Below are positions 21,618 to 31,213 of a stretch of DNA of 64,000 bases, in pieces. The translations under genes were made by a program, and so were the position numbers. The notes beneath the pieces were generated by a model. It searched no databases, was not told where the DNA came from, and saw only the letters and a program-made list of their open reading frames with translations. The stretch is from the NCBI GenBank assembly GCA_022425195.1, contig JAKMFX010000019.1, forward strand, positions 84,676 through 148,675, read 5' to 3'. The stretch's first letter is position 1. Each line of letters opens with the position of its first letter. The DNA comes from Flavobacteriales bacterium. Lineage in GTDB: Bacteria; Bacteroidota; Bacteroidia; Flavobacteriales; UBA7430.

Positions 21618-22799
21618 TTATTTTTCTTGTGAATTATTCAAGGCTCCATCAATATCCTTAATGATGTCATCGATATGCTCTAAGCCCACAGAGATTCGGA
21701 TAAGCCCCTGTTTAATTCCAACCTCTAGTCGTTCTTCTTCAGTAAGACGTGCGTGGGTTGTTGATGCTGGGTGGGTAACAATCGTTCTGCTATCCCCCAA
21801 GTTGGCCGTTAGTGAGGCCAACTGTACGGCATTTAGAAACCTTTTCCCGGCTTCTATTCCACCCTTTACGATGAAGCTTAAAATACCGCCACCCTGGCTC
21901 ATTTGTTTTCGCGCAATGTCATATTGCGGATGTGAGGGTAAAAAAGGATACCTCACCGAGTCAACACTTGGATGGGTTTCCAAAAATTGTGACAACTTTA
22001 ACGCATTGTCACTGTGTCGATCCATTCTCAATGCTAGTGTTTCTAGACTCTTGGTAAGCAGCCATGCATTAAAAGGAGATAATGAAGGACCAGAATGTCT
22101 GGCAAAAGCTTTCACTTCTTCAATGATTTCTTTCGAGCCCAAGATGACGCCTCCTAAAACACGGCCTTGACCATCCATGTATTTGGTTGCTGAATGCACC
22201 ACGATGTGCGCTCCGAACTCTATAGGCCTTTGAATGTAAGACGTAGCAAAACAATTGTCCACAACCAATAATACATTATGTTTCTTTGCCAATTTCCCTA
22301 AATGCTCAAGGTCAATAATGTCAATCCCAGGGTTAGAAGGCGTTTCTACGAATAATATTTTTGTATTTTCTTGTATTGCAGACTCCCAGTCCTCTTGTTT
22401 GTTCGCATCTACGTAGGTGTGATTGATGTTCCATTTAGGGAAAACCTTGGTAAATAAAACATGAGAAGACCCAAATATAGAGCGACAAGAAACCACATGG
22501 TCCCCACTTTGAAGTAGACTTGCAAGCGTCGTAAATACAGCAGCCATTCCAGTAGCTGTTGCCCAACCTGCTTCCGCTCCTTCCATCAAAGCTACCTTGT
22601 CTATAAATTCTGTGGTTGTTGGATTTGAAAATCTTGAATAGATATTCCCATCCTCTTCGTCAGAAAACATAGCTCGCATTTGCTCAGCATCATCAAAAAC
22701 AAAACTTGATGTTAGATGAAGAGGTGTTGAGTGCTCATTGAACTGAGAACGCTCTGTTTGGGTTTTTATGGCTAGTGTTTCAAATTTTTGAGTGCTCAT
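21618..22799 (-). CDS. PLP-dependent O-acyl-homoserine sulfhydrylase / Cys-Met metabolism family (MetZ/MetY-like)
   Basis: PLP-lysine motif [11 protein letters not shown]. The start is trimmed to MSTQKFETL, which removes the overlap with osmC. Confidence 0.85.
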   Translation of the reverse strand: MSTQKFETLAIKTQTERSQFNEHSTPLHLTSSFVFDDAEQMRAMFSDEEDGNIYSRFSNPTTTEFIDKVALMEGAEAGWATATGMAAVFTTLASLLQSGDHVVSCRSIFGSSHVLFTKVFPKWNINHTYVDANKQEDWESAIQENTKILFVETPSNPGIDIIDLEHLGKLAKKHNVLLVVDNCFATSYIQRPIEFGAHIVVHSATKYMDGQGRVLGGVILGSKEIIEEVKAFARHSGPSLSPFNAWLLTKSLETLALRMDRHSDNALKLSQFLETHPSVDSVRYPFLPSHPQYDIARKQMSQGGGILSFIVKGGIEAGKRFLNAVQLASLTANLGDSRTIVTHPASTTHARLTEEERLEVGIKQGLIRISVGLEHIDDIIKDIDGALNNSQEK

Positions 22800-22803
22800 C
22801 TTC

Positions 22804-23220
22804 TTAGTTGTTTCTAATTTCGAAGCTATACGATATCTCTGCAGTAGGCTGTAAAATCTTTGACACCGAGCAGTATTTGTCAAGAGATAGTTCGATGCTT
22901 TTAATGACTCTTTTTTCTTTTAAATCGCCCCATAAAATGAAGTGAAGATTGATTTTTTTAAACACAGAAGGAACAGCGTCTTCGCGCTCGGCAGTGATTT
23001 GCACCTTAAAGTCGTCCAGTTTTTGTTTCTGTTTTTCTAAAATCAAACCTATGTCAATGCTGCTACAACCCCCTAGGGCCATAAGTAAAAGATCCATCGG
23101 TCGAGTCCCTTTATCATCTCCACCCACTTTTGGGCTGGCATCAATTTGAACTTTATGATGGTAAGCATCTGAGGCTTCAAAATGAAAAGCCTTATTCTTT
23201 CTTACGAGTTCTACATTCAT
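22804..23220 (-). CDS. OsmC/Ohr-family peroxiredoxin-like protein
   Basis: 138 aa with paired Cys motifs (LGGCSSID and DKYCSVSK) typical of OsmC. Confidence 0.75.
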   Translation of the reverse strand: MNVELVRKNKAFHFEASDAYHHKVQIDASPKVGGDDKGTRPMDLLLMALGGCSSIDIGLILEKQKQKLDDFKVQITAEREDAVPSVFKKINLHFILWGDLKEKRVIKSIELSLDKYCSVSKILQPTAEISYSFEIRNN

Positions 23221-23224
23221 AGTT

Positions 23225-24235
23225 TCATTGATTAAAATGCTTACTTATGACTTCAGTTAGGGCGGGTGTTTCAATTAAAAATCCATCGTGCCCGTAAAGT
23301 GAATCTATTTCGACGTAAGTGCCTTCATTTATGTGGCTGGCAACAAACTTTGACTCTTCAACAGGAAACAAAATGTCTGAGCTCAAGCCCACAACTAGAG
23401 CCTTAGCCTTGATGCTTCCTAAAGCATCCTGCAGGCTTTCTCGCCCTTCAGAGACATCATGATTATCCATAGCTACAGAAAGCGTCCAGTAGGAGTAGGC
23501 GTTAAATCGCTTGGCTAACTTTTCTCCTTGATACTGCTGATAAGCTGAAGCTTTCAACGCGCCTGATTCGGACCTTCCTTCTTGTGTGGCTTGATAGGTT
23601 TTGTAGTTTCTATAACTCAAAAGAGCGATCGCTCTCGCTGTTTTCATTCCCTGAATACCTGCTTCAGCATCTTCTTGCCCCCAGGTATGATCAGTGGCAA
23701 TGGCCAAACGCTGGGTCTCATTGAAAGCAATTCCCCAAGGAGAATGCTTTGCATTGGATGCAATGACCACCAAATTCTCAACAATTTCTGGTTCTATGAT
23801 AGACCATTCCAAAGCTTGTTGACCTCCAATAGACCCCCCGATTAGGGTGTTTATTTTCTCGATCCCTAATTCTTTTCTTAACAGGATTAAAGAGCGGGCA
23901 ATGTCTCGTATGGAGGTTTTTGGGAAACTTCCGTAATAAGGTTTTCCCGTCTTAGGATTTACCGATAGAGGCCCGGTAGAGCCATAATGGGAACCTAAGA
24001 CGTTCACTGAGATGATAAAATGTTTTTCCGGATCGTATAGCTTTCCTTTGCCTACAAGCCCACTCCACCAGTCGGAAACATCGGAGTTTGCGGTGAGGGC
24101 ATGGCAGACCCATATCACATTATCGCGATGGGCATTCAACGTTCCCAAAGTCGAATAACTCAATTCCAGTTGAGGTAGTAATCCCCCGAACTGCAATGGG
24201 AATTCTTGTTCGTATGTGAAAGTTTTATGATTCAT
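23225..24235 (-). CDS. metX: Homoserine O-acetyltransferase
   Basis: Alpha/beta hydrolase with nucleophile elbow GGSIGGQQAL and a C-terminal GHDGFL motif. Confidence 0.9.
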   Translation of the reverse strand: MNHKTFTYEQEFPLQFGGLLPQLELSYSTLGTLNAHRDNVIWVCHALTANSDVSDWWSGLVGKGKLYDPEKHFIISVNVLGSHYGSTGPLSVNPKTGKPYYGSFPKTSIRDIARSLILLRKELGIEKINTLIGGSIGGQQALEWSIIEPEIVENLVVIASNAKHSPWGIAFNETQRLAIATDHTWGQEDAEAGIQGMKTARAIALLSYRNYKTYQATQEGRSESGALKASAYQQYQGEKLAKRFNAYSYWTLSVAMDNHDVSEGRESLQDALGSIKAKALVVGLSSDILFPVEESKFVASHINEGTYVEIDSLYGHDGFLIETPALTEVISKHFNQ

Positions 24236-24448
24236 GATAAAAGTTCTGGTTGATGTAGTTTTCTACTTTAGTATTTACTTTTTAAGGTAAGGCTACAGCA
24301 GGGCATAGAAAAAAACACCCATCTTAAATGGATTGATTCGAGTCGATTAAAAACAGACTTTAGTGAAAATAAAAAAGCATCTTTTTTCATGACTTTTAGT
24401 CTTTTTGAAAAGAGAAACTGATTCAGATAATAAGAACTATCAGGGGAT

Positions 24449-24481
24449 AAAAAAATCTCTCCCGATAAGTCAGAAGAGATT
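24449..24481 (-). terminator. Expression-platform terminator of the SAM-I riboswitch
   Basis: Minus strand AATCTCTTCtgacttatcGGGAGAGATT followed by TTTTTTAT, directly 3' of the aptamer. Confidence 0.7.
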
Positions 24482-24507
24482 GGTTTGCAAAGCATTTGCT
24501 TCTCGTC

Positions 24508-24608
24508 GTCCTTATTTTCCCTCTCTCGAGGTAGGATTTAGCACCTTGTCTTTCGACGGGTTGCTAAGGTTTCATTGGGCCTGTCCCTCCACCTTTCTGA
24601 ATAAGTTT
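24508..24608 (-). promoter_or_regulatory. SAM-I (S-box) riboswitch aptamer
   Basis: Minus strand reads CTTATTCAGAAAGGTGGAGGGACAGGCCCAATGAAACCTTAGCAACCC...AAGGTGCTAAATCCTACC...GGGAAAATAAGG. This matches the S-box core (GGUGGAGGGAC.GGCCC.AUGAAACC..GCAACC...GGUGCUAAAUCC) with P1 CUUAUU/AAUAAG. It sits upstream of metX. Confidence 0.9.
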
Positions 24609-24630
24609 ACTCGTTTTGTTAAACGTTTTG

Positions 24631-24638
24631 CAAATATA
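24631..24638 (-). promoter_or_regulatory. Candidate Bacteroidota -7 promoter box for the riboswitch/met operon
   Basis: Minus strand TATATTTG fits TAnnTTTG and lies about 25 nt 5' of riboswitch P1. Confidence 0.4.
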
Positions 24639-24765
24639 CAGCTAGAATCGATTAAAATCCAAGCATTTGCATATTTATTTATGTTGTCATCTGAGGTTTG
24701 AGGCTTGTTTTATCGCTAAAAGCATCTTTATAACGCTCAGGCCTTCCATCAAAGATCAAGCGGAA

Positions 24766-25809
24766 CTACTTTTCCCAAGTATTTCCACCCGCCAATAATT
24801 TATTGAGGTCTGGTGCTCCTTTCACCTCAATCTCCTGTTGTAATTGTTGACTAAGGCTTTCTTCGTAAGTTCCTCTTTCTTCTTGATAGAAAATACCAAA
24901 AGGGCGAGGGCGTGCATCTGCGTCGGTCGCATTGTCTTCAAAAAACCGGACTAGAATATTGGCTTTGTTACGATCTGTTTCATCATGAATCCACAAATCA
25001 TCCATGCTGACGTTGTCGTCATTAAGCGAGACAATTTTGGCTTGAAAACCATCAAGAACAATCCCCTTATCTAGCTCAGCTCCAAATACAAGTGGTTTTC
25101 CGTGCTCTAGGTAGACACTGTTCTCTTTCTTATTGGTCTTGTCTGTAAATGTGGAAAAGGCACCATCATTAAAGATGTTACAGTTCTGATAAATTTCTAC
25201 CAAAGAAGTTCCCTGATGACGCTCAGCACGAAGCAAAATTTCTTTCAAGTGTTTTGGCTCTCGGTCGATCGATCGGGCAATGAAAGTCGCATCTGCACCC
25301 AAGCTCAAAGCCAAAGGATTAAATGGGTGATCCAAAGATCCCACAGGAGTCGACTTTGTCTTTTTTCCCAATTCAGAAGTTGGTGAGTACTGACCTTTGG
25401 TTAAACCATAAATCTGGTTGTTGAAAAGCAGAATATTCACATTGAAGTTTCTTCTCAAAAGGTGGATAAAGTGATTCCCTCCAATCGCTAGTGAGTCACC
25501 ATCTCCAGTGATAATCCATACGCTTAAGTCAGGGCGAGAAGCCTTTAAACCACTAGCAACAGCTGTAGCCCGACCATGAATGGAATGCATTCCGTAAGTA
25601 TTCATATAGTAAGGAAACCTTGAAGAACACCCGATACCAGATATAAAGACGATGTCTTCCTTAGGAATTCCCAATTCAGGCATCACACTTTGCACCTGTT
25701 TCAGGATGGAATAATCTCCACAACCTGGGCACCATCTAATGTCTTGGTCGCTAGAAAAATCTTTTGCAGTCAATTTTTGTTGATTGCTATCTTTTAAAAC
25801 ATCAAGCAT
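24766..25809 (-). CDS. korB: 2-oxoglutarate/2-oxoacid:ferredoxin oxidoreductase, beta (TPP-binding) subunit
   Basis: [10 protein letters not shown] and TPP motif [15 protein letters not shown]. Confidence 0.88.
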   Translation of the reverse strand: MLDVLKDSNQQKLTAKDFSSDQDIRWCPGCGDYSILKQVQSVMPELGIPKEDIVFISGIGCSSRFPYYMNTYGMHSIHGRATAVASGLKASRPDLSVWIITGDGDSLAIGGNHFIHLLRRNFNVNILLFNNQIYGLTKGQYSPTSELGKKTKSTPVGSLDHPFNPLALSLGADATFIARSIDREPKHLKEILLRAERHQGTSLVEIYQNCNIFNDGAFSTFTDKTNKKENSVYLEHGKPLVFGAELDKGIVLDGFQAKIVSLNDDNVSMDDLWIHDETDRNKANILVRFFEDNATDADARPRPFGIFYQEERGTYEESLSQQLQQEIEVKGAPDLNKLLAGGNTWEK

Positions 25810-25814
25810 GAAAT

Positions 25815-27680
25815 TTACTTTAATTGGTTTAAAACTTCGTTTTTAATCTCTTGAGCATGGAAAGGTTGACCTTTTACTTTGCTTAAACGCTTGGCATCGA
25901 CCAAGTATTTGTCGCGAATCAACTTAACCAATTGTCCATCATTAAGTTCTGGAATGACAATCCGATCAAAATTCGACAGCAGTTCGCCCAAGTTTTCAGG
26001 GAATGGGTGAATGTATCGTATTTGTGCATGAGCAACATCAATTCCTTCATTGCTAAGCTCTTGAGCAGCTGTTTTGATGGCTCCATACGTGGATCCCCAA
26101 CCTAAAATCAATAATTTAGAGCTCATCGATCCACTATCCAGTTCCTGCTGGGGAACATGCTTTGCGATTTGATTTACTTTAGCTGCTCTAAGGTTCACCA
26201 TTTCTTGATGGTTGTCGGGATCATAAGAAACATTTCCTGACTCCTTATCCTTTTCCAAGCCACCCAAGCGGTGTTCTACACCTGGCGTTCCTGGAATGGC
26301 CCATTCTCTGACTAAATCTTCATTACGTTTGTAAGGTAAGTAAGGTTCATCGTCTTCTTTTCTGGCTTCGCGAACTTTAAGAGCAATGGGTTTTAGCTCT
26401 TCAGCCGTGGGGTATTTCCATGGCTCTGCACCATTTGCTATGTATCCATCGGTTAATAAAAATACTGGAGTCATGTGCTCTACGGCAATTCGGCATGCTT
26501 CATAAGCCATCTCAAAGCAATCAGAAGGAGACTGAGCCGCTACAATAGGTAAGGGTGCTTCTCCATTTCTACCGTACATCGCCTGCAATAAATCCGACTG
26601 CTCAGTTTTTGTCGGCAAACCTGTTGATGGTCCACCACGTTGTACATTAATGATGACCAAAGGGAGTTCCATCATAACAGCCAAACCTATAGCTTCGCCC
26701 TTAAGAGCAATCCCAGGGCCCGAAGAAGCTGTAGTGGCTAGATCACCACCAAACGAGGCGCCTATAGCAGAACAAATTCCCGCGATTTCATCTTCTGCTT
26801 GGAAGGTTTTAATGCCAAAGTTTTTGTGTTTTGCTAATTCATGAAGGATGTCTGATGCTGGAGTAATCGGATAACCTCCGTAGAATAAATTCATTCCTGA
26901 GGTATGAGCTGCAGCAATTAGCCCTAAAGATGTTGCCTGATTTCCAATGACGTTTCTGTAAACACCAGGCTCCATTTCTGCCGGTTTGATCTCAAAACGG
27001 TTTGAAAACGTTTCACTGGTTTCCGCATAGTGATAACCAGACTTTAAAACTTTCAAGTTGGCCTCAAGAACTTCTTCCTTAGATTTAAATTTTCTTTGGA
27101 GGAAATCAATGGTTGAATCCAAAGAACGGTTGTAAATCCAATAAATAAAACCGAGAACAAACATGTTTTTACATCGATCTCTTTCTTTAGACCCCAGAGA
27201 GGATTCTTTCAGGTTTTCTCGGGTTAACTTGGTGATATCTATCTGATGAACCTTGTAACCTTCTAAACTGGAGTTGGTCAATGGATTGTCCTCAGGGTCT
27301 ATGCCTGCTAACCTAAAGTTCTTTTTATCAAAGCCTGCCGAGTTGATGATGATGGTTCCTCTTTCCTTAAGTCTGGAAAGATTCTTTTTTAACGATGCTG
27401 CATTCATCGCCACCAATACATCACATAAATCTCCCGGGGTAAAAACAGCTGAGTTACCAAAATTAATTTGAAAACCTGAAACGCCTGCTAAGGTTCCCAA
27501 AGGAGCCCTAATTTCTGCGGGGAAGTCAGGAAAGGTACTCAAATCATTTCCATACAAAGCCGTATTATTGGTGAATTGATTTCCAATAAGTTGTATCCCA
27601 TCACCAGAGTCTCCAGCATAAAGAATGGTTACTTTGTCTAGTACGTTTTTAACTTGTGTGTTTTCTTTTTCCAATGTCAT
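25815..27680 (-). CDS. korA: 2-oxoglutarate/2-oxoacid:ferredoxin oxidoreductase, alpha subunit (fused gamma-alpha type)
   Basis: 621 aa with an N-terminal GDSGDGIQ (gamma-like) region followed by the pyrimidine-binding domain. Lies 5 nt upstream of korB. Confidence 0.88.
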   Translation of the reverse strand: MTLEKENTQVKNVLDKVTILYAGDSGDGIQLIGNQFTNNTALYGNDLSTFPDFPAEIRAPLGTLAGVSGFQINFGNSAVFTPGDLCDVLVAMNAASLKKNLSRLKERGTIIINSAGFDKKNFRLAGIDPEDNPLTNSSLEGYKVHQIDITKLTRENLKESSLGSKERDRCKNMFVLGFIYWIYNRSLDSTIDFLQRKFKSKEEVLEANLKVLKSGYHYAETSETFSNRFEIKPAEMEPGVYRNVIGNQATSLGLIAAAHTSGMNLFYGGYPITPASDILHELAKHKNFGIKTFQAEDEIAGICSAIGASFGGDLATTASSGPGIALKGEAIGLAVMMELPLVIINVQRGGPSTGLPTKTEQSDLLQAMYGRNGEAPLPIVAAQSPSDCFEMAYEACRIAVEHMTPVFLLTDGYIANGAEPWKYPTAEELKPIALKVREARKEDDEPYLPYKRNEDLVREWAIPGTPGVEHRLGGLEKDKESGNVSYDPDNHQEMVNLRAAKVNQIAKHVPQQELDSGSMSSKLLILGWGSTYGAIKTAAQELSNEGIDVAHAQIRYIHPFPENLGELLSNFDRIVIPELNDGQLVKLIRDKYLVDAKRLSKVKGQPFHAQEIKNEVLNQLK

Positions 27681-27689
27681 TTTATTTGC

Positions 27690-28340
27690 TTAATGCAATC
27701 CACATTCCGTTTTTTGAGCATCTGCCCATCTACCTTCTCTACCTTGACCTTTCTTGGTACAATGAAAACATCCGATAGAATTATAACCACATAATTGAAG
27801 CGGGTGAGCAGGTAAATTATTTTTTACAATAAACTCCTTCTGATCTTCATCACTGGAATCTATCAGAGGGTAAAACTTTATAACGTCGTCTTTGAGTTCA
27901 AAAATTTGTTTCTCAGAACGAGCGCTGTTTTGATGGGCCATCAATCCCGAAACCCAAATTTTGAATCCTGTCTTTAATTTCTGTAAAGGGTTTACCTTGT
28001 TTAGAGAACAGCAAAAGTCGGGATTTTTTGACCAAGTTTCATCTTTCAGAGTGAACTCATTTTCCTGCGGATCTGGTTTTACATCAACCACCTGTAATCC
28101 TAATTTTTTAGCCAGCTTTTTCTTGTAGCTGATGGTTTCAGGAAATGAATACGTTGTATCAATAAAATGAATCTTTTGTTCGGGGTTTACCTTTGCGATT
28201 AGACCCAGTAAATACGCAGAAGAAGCTCCAAATGAAGAAGTTACCAAGACCTCGTCGGTCGAATACTCTTCGTATAAAGCACTCAGCCGTTCCTCGAGGC
28301 TAAGTGAAATATATTTTTTGTTCTTCGCTTCTATCATCAT
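27690..28340 (-). CDS. cysH: Phosphoadenosine-phosphosulfate/adenylylsulfate reductase family protein (CysH-like, Fe-S type cysteines)
   Basis: PP-loop-like SSFGASS and C-terminal ECGLH. The CC...CxxC cysteines (DFCCS, GCFHCT) suggest the [4Fe-4S] APS-reductase type. Confidence 0.8.
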   Translation of the reverse strand: MMIEAKNKKYISLSLEERLSALYEEYSTDEVLVTSSFGASSAYLLGLIAKVNPEQKIHFIDTTYSFPETISYKKKLAKKLGLQVVDVKPDPQENEFTLKDETWSKNPDFCCSLNKVNPLQKLKTGFKIWVSGLMAHQNSARSEKQIFELKDDVIKFYPLIDSSDEDQKEFIVKNNLPAHPLQLCGYNSIGCFHCTKKGQGREGRWADAQKTECGLH

Positions 28341-28344
28341 TCTC

Positions 28345-29490
28345 TTAATTCGCGTCTACCTCTTCAAAGTATGCATCTATACCCCCTGAAAGGTTGTATA
28401 AATTTGAAAATCCAAACTCTTTTTCAAGCAGTTGTATGGCTTTTTTACTTCTGGCACCGGCTTTACAGTGTACCACAACTTTTTTGTCCGATACAATTTG
28501 ATCTACCTCTTCCTCTACGTCTGCAAGAGGGATGTGAACGCCATCAAGATTAGAAATCTCATATTCAAAGTCCTCACGCACATCGATCAACTGAAAAGGC
28601 TCATCACTATTTTGCAAATCCAAAAATTCAGCAACAGAAAGGCTCTTCACGTCCTCCTCTTTGTTTGAACTAAAGCCACAAAATTCTTGATAATCTATTA
28701 ATTCTGTAATCGATGGGTTTTTTCCGTTCAACGGATTTTCATCGTCACGGTGCACTTTTACCGTTCTAGTTTCAAAGTTCATGGCATCAAAAAGGAACAG
28801 GCGGCCTACCAAAGGCTCTCCCACTCCCGTAATTACCTTGATTACCTCATTGGCTTGTAGCGAACCTACAATGCCAGGTAGCACACCTAAAACACCACCT
28901 TCAGCACAACTTGGAACCAATCCAGGAGGTGGTGGCGATGGGAATAAGTCTCTGTAGTTTGGTCCTACTACGCCTTCATTATTGATGTAATTGAAAACAG
29001 ATACTTGACCGTCGAATCGATAAATCGATGCATACACATTCGTTTTACCCAATAGGACACATGCATCATTTACTAAGTAACGGGTTGGGAAATTATCTGT
29101 CCCATCAGCTACTAAGTCATAATCCTTAACAATATCTAGAGCATTTTGAGAACTCAATAGGACATTATGAGTGACAATCTTAATGTAAGGGTTTAAACCT
29201 TCCAACCGTTCTTTGGCGGCTAAAACTTTTGGCTTGCCAATGTCATCGGTAGAGAATAGTACTTGACGTTGTAAGTTTGAATCTTCAACCACGTCGAAAT
29301 CAAGTACACCAATCGTACCCACCCCGGCAGCTGCTAGATACTGAAGAAGGGGTGCGCCCAAACCTCCAGTCCCCACGACCAACACTTTGGCTGCTTTTAA
29401 CTTCCGTTGTCCTTCAATATTGAATTCAGGGATAATTAAGTGCCGACTGTATCGGGATAATTCTTCTTTGCTAAATGTTTCTTCTGCCAT
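28345..29490 (-). CDS. MoeB/ThiF-type E1 adenylyltransferase fused to a rhodanese domain (MoeZ-like sulfur-carrier activator)
   Basis: ATP-binding VVGTGGLGAP and a C-terminal rhodanese domain with active-site loop HCKAGARS. Confidence 0.85.
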   Translation of the reverse strand: MAEETFSKEELSRYSRHLIIPEFNIEGQRKLKAAKVLVVGTGGLGAPLLQYLAAAGVGTIGVLDFDVVEDSNLQRQVLFSTDDIGKPKVLAAKERLEGLNPYIKIVTHNVLLSSQNALDIVKDYDLVADGTDNFPTRYLVNDACVLLGKTNVYASIYRFDGQVSVFNYINNEGVVGPNYRDLFPSPPPPGLVPSCAEGGVLGVLPGIVGSLQANEVIKVITGVGEPLVGRLFLFDAMNFETRTVKVHRDDENPLNGKNPSITELIDYQEFCGFSSNKEEDVKSLSVAEFLDLQNSDEPFQLIDVREDFEYEISNLDGVHIPLADVEEEVDQIVSDKKVVVHCKAGARSKKAIQLLEKEFGFSNLYNLSGGIDAYFEEVDAN

Positions 29491-29496
29491 GGTAAA

Positions 29497-29775
29497 TTAG
29501 TTTATTCCTCCTGCAATCGCTGGGATGATGCTAAGTACATCATCAGCTTTAAGGGCTGTTTTTTCTTTGTCTAGGACATTAATATCTTCATCACCTAAGT
29601 AAATTCTTAGAAAGCTTCTAATTTGATTTTTGTCATCAAAAAGGTGCTTATGAACCGTCGGGAATGCACTTGCAAGTGCTTCAATCGCTTCGTATACATT
29701 TGCAGCATCTGCTTCAAAGGCCGCTTGATTGTCTGTAAATTTTCTTAGGGGTGTTGGGATAATTACTTTTGCCAT
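29497..29775 (-). CDS. MoaD/ThiS-family sulfur-carrier protein (CysO-like) with residues after the Gly-Gly
   Basis: 92-aa beta-grasp-sized protein ending ...IIPAIAGG-IN. Flanked by JAMM and E1 genes. Confidence 0.8.
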   Translation of the reverse strand: MAKVIIPTPLRKFTDNQAAFEADAANVYEAIEALASAFPTVHKHLFDDKNQIRSFLRIYLGDEDINVLDKEKTALKADDVLSIIPAIAGGIN

Positions 29776-29796
29776 GATCTTAATTTTAAACGTTTT

Positions 29797-30228
29797 TTAC
29801 TTTTTTTCTTCGTTATCGAAAACGGGTTCTTGAATGAATTTTTGCGCATCGTTAAGCGTCCATGATGAGGTTGCTGCCACTTCACTTTTTACAATAGACA
29901 CAATCACATATGAGAAATTAGGCTGAGCAAATTTCAAATCTGTAGGCGAAGGCACTGCCGGGTGGTCTGGATGAGAGTGATAAACTCCAATTAAATCCAG
30001 ATCATTTTCTATCGCGTAGCGTTCTGCTTTTACATAATCAATAGGAGCAATTTCAAAGATTCGCTCCGGATTGGTTTTGTTTTGATTGACCACATCTCTG
30101 ATCTCAGTAACTTCTTTAATCTCGTTAATCTTTCCGTAAAAGAAGCCACATCCTTCGTGCGGATAGCACGCAACCAAATGCGCATGCATTTCTTTCAGTG
30201 CAGTGTCTGTAAACTTTACTTCTTTCAT
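29797..30228 (-). CDS. JAMM/MPN+ zinc metalloprotease (Mec+-like)
   Basis: Catalytic Glu region HEGCGF and JAMM motif HSHPDHPAVPSPTD. Confidence 0.85.
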   Translation of the reverse strand: MKEVKFTDTALKEMHAHLVACYPHEGCGFFYGKINEIKEVTEIRDVVNQNKTNPERIFEIAPIDYVKAERYAIENDLDLIGVYHSHPDHPAVPSPTDLKFAQPNFSYVIVSIVKSEVAATSSWTLNDAQKFIQEPVFDNEEKK

Positions 30229-30234
30229 CTTCTT

Positions 30235-31185
30235 TTATTTAAAAAGTTGTTCATAAACCTCGCTGTACTTGTCAGCACTATCAGGTATAATGGTTACGAT
30301 AACTCCCTCCTCCAGTTGATTTGCGAGTCGAATCGCTCCAACTAGGTTTGCAGCGCCTGAGGGTCCTATCAATAGGCCTTCTTTTTGTGAAATGTCTTTC
30401 AACAGAGCAAAACTTTCTTCTGTAGAGATTTCTTGATTGTCATCGGCTTGCTCAGCGTTGTATATCTTAGGTACCAAAGCCGTCTCCATATGCTTCCATC
30501 CCTCAATGGCATGCATGGCTGAATCAGGATGAAGGGCAATCACTTGAGTGTTGGGGTCTTGCTCTTTTAGGTACGTTCCCGTACCTCTCATCGTACCGGT
30601 AGTCCCAAGACCCGCCATGAAATGTGTGATCTTTTCATCACCCAGCTGCTCAACAATCTCAGGGCCTGTTGTTTTATAATGTGCTTCCCAGTTGCTATCG
30701 TTACCGTATTGGTCGGCGTAAAAATACTTCTCCGGATGAGCGGCAAACATCTCTTTCGCTTTGTTTTGGGCTCCATCTGTAGATTCATACTGAGATGTCA
30801 ATATCAGTTCAGCACCTAGAGATTTTAAATTTCTAATTCGCTCTATGGATGCATTCGCGGGGATACAAAGTGCTACAGGAATGCCTAAGGCGCCACAAAT
30901 AGAAGCATATGCAATACCCGTATTTCCACTCGAAGCGTCCAACAATGTTTTGTTTCGATCTAATTCGCCTGCAAAAATAGCGTTTTTAACAATTTCAAAG
31001 GCAGGTCGACTCTTCACGCTGGCCCCAAATTGTTGCCATTCTAACTTGGCGTATATTTTCACCCCTTTCTTTTGAAAAAGCCTGTTAAAAGGATACAGCG
31101 GAGTGTTACCTATGAACTTTTCCAATTGCTCTAATCCTTCAATTAAGCTTTTGTCTTCCACTCTATTTTCTTTTATCAGTTCCAT
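30235..31185 (-). CDS. cysM: Cysteine synthase family PLP enzyme (CysM/CysK-like)
   Basis: PLP-lysine region GASVKSRPA and SSGNTGIAYA loop. The start is taken at MELIKEN; the longer ORF start at 31236 would overlap cobA. Confidence 0.82.
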   Translation of the reverse strand: MELIKENRVEDKSLIEGLEQLEKFIGNTPLYPFNRLFQKKGVKIYAKLEWQQFGASVKSRPAFEIVKNAIFAGELDRNKTLLDASSGNTGIAYASICGALGIPVALCIPANASIERIRNLKSLGAELILTSQYESTDGAQNKAKEMFAAHPEKYFYADQYGNDSNWEAHYKTTGPEIVEQLGDEKITHFMAGLGTTGTMRGTGTYLKEQDPNTQVIALHPDSAMHAIEGWKHMETALVPKIYNAEQADDNQEISTEESFALLKDISQKEGLLIGPSGAANLVGAIRLANQLEEGVIVTIIPDSADKYSEVYEQLFK

Positions 31186-31213
31186 ATACTTTTTGTTCTC
31201 ATCTTTTTTAGCC

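Noticed and set aside
21661-22170. 169-aa ORF and many similar 60-135-aa ORFs (e.g. 11371-11775, 18655-18966, 19545-19847, 39380-39688, 45139-45492, 47196-47538, 55829-56227, 62208-62656) lying antisense to or out of frame within long conserved genes.
   Set aside because: They are fully nested in genes with strong motif support on the other strand or frame. They have low-complexity, Ser/Arg/Leu-rich translations and no recognisable motifs. These are typical shadow ORFs.
24268-24495. 75-aa ORF between the SAM riboswitch and metX.
   Set aside because: It overlaps the riboswitch terminator and a second hairpin and has no motif or Met-codon enrichment. It is more likely non-coding leader RNA.
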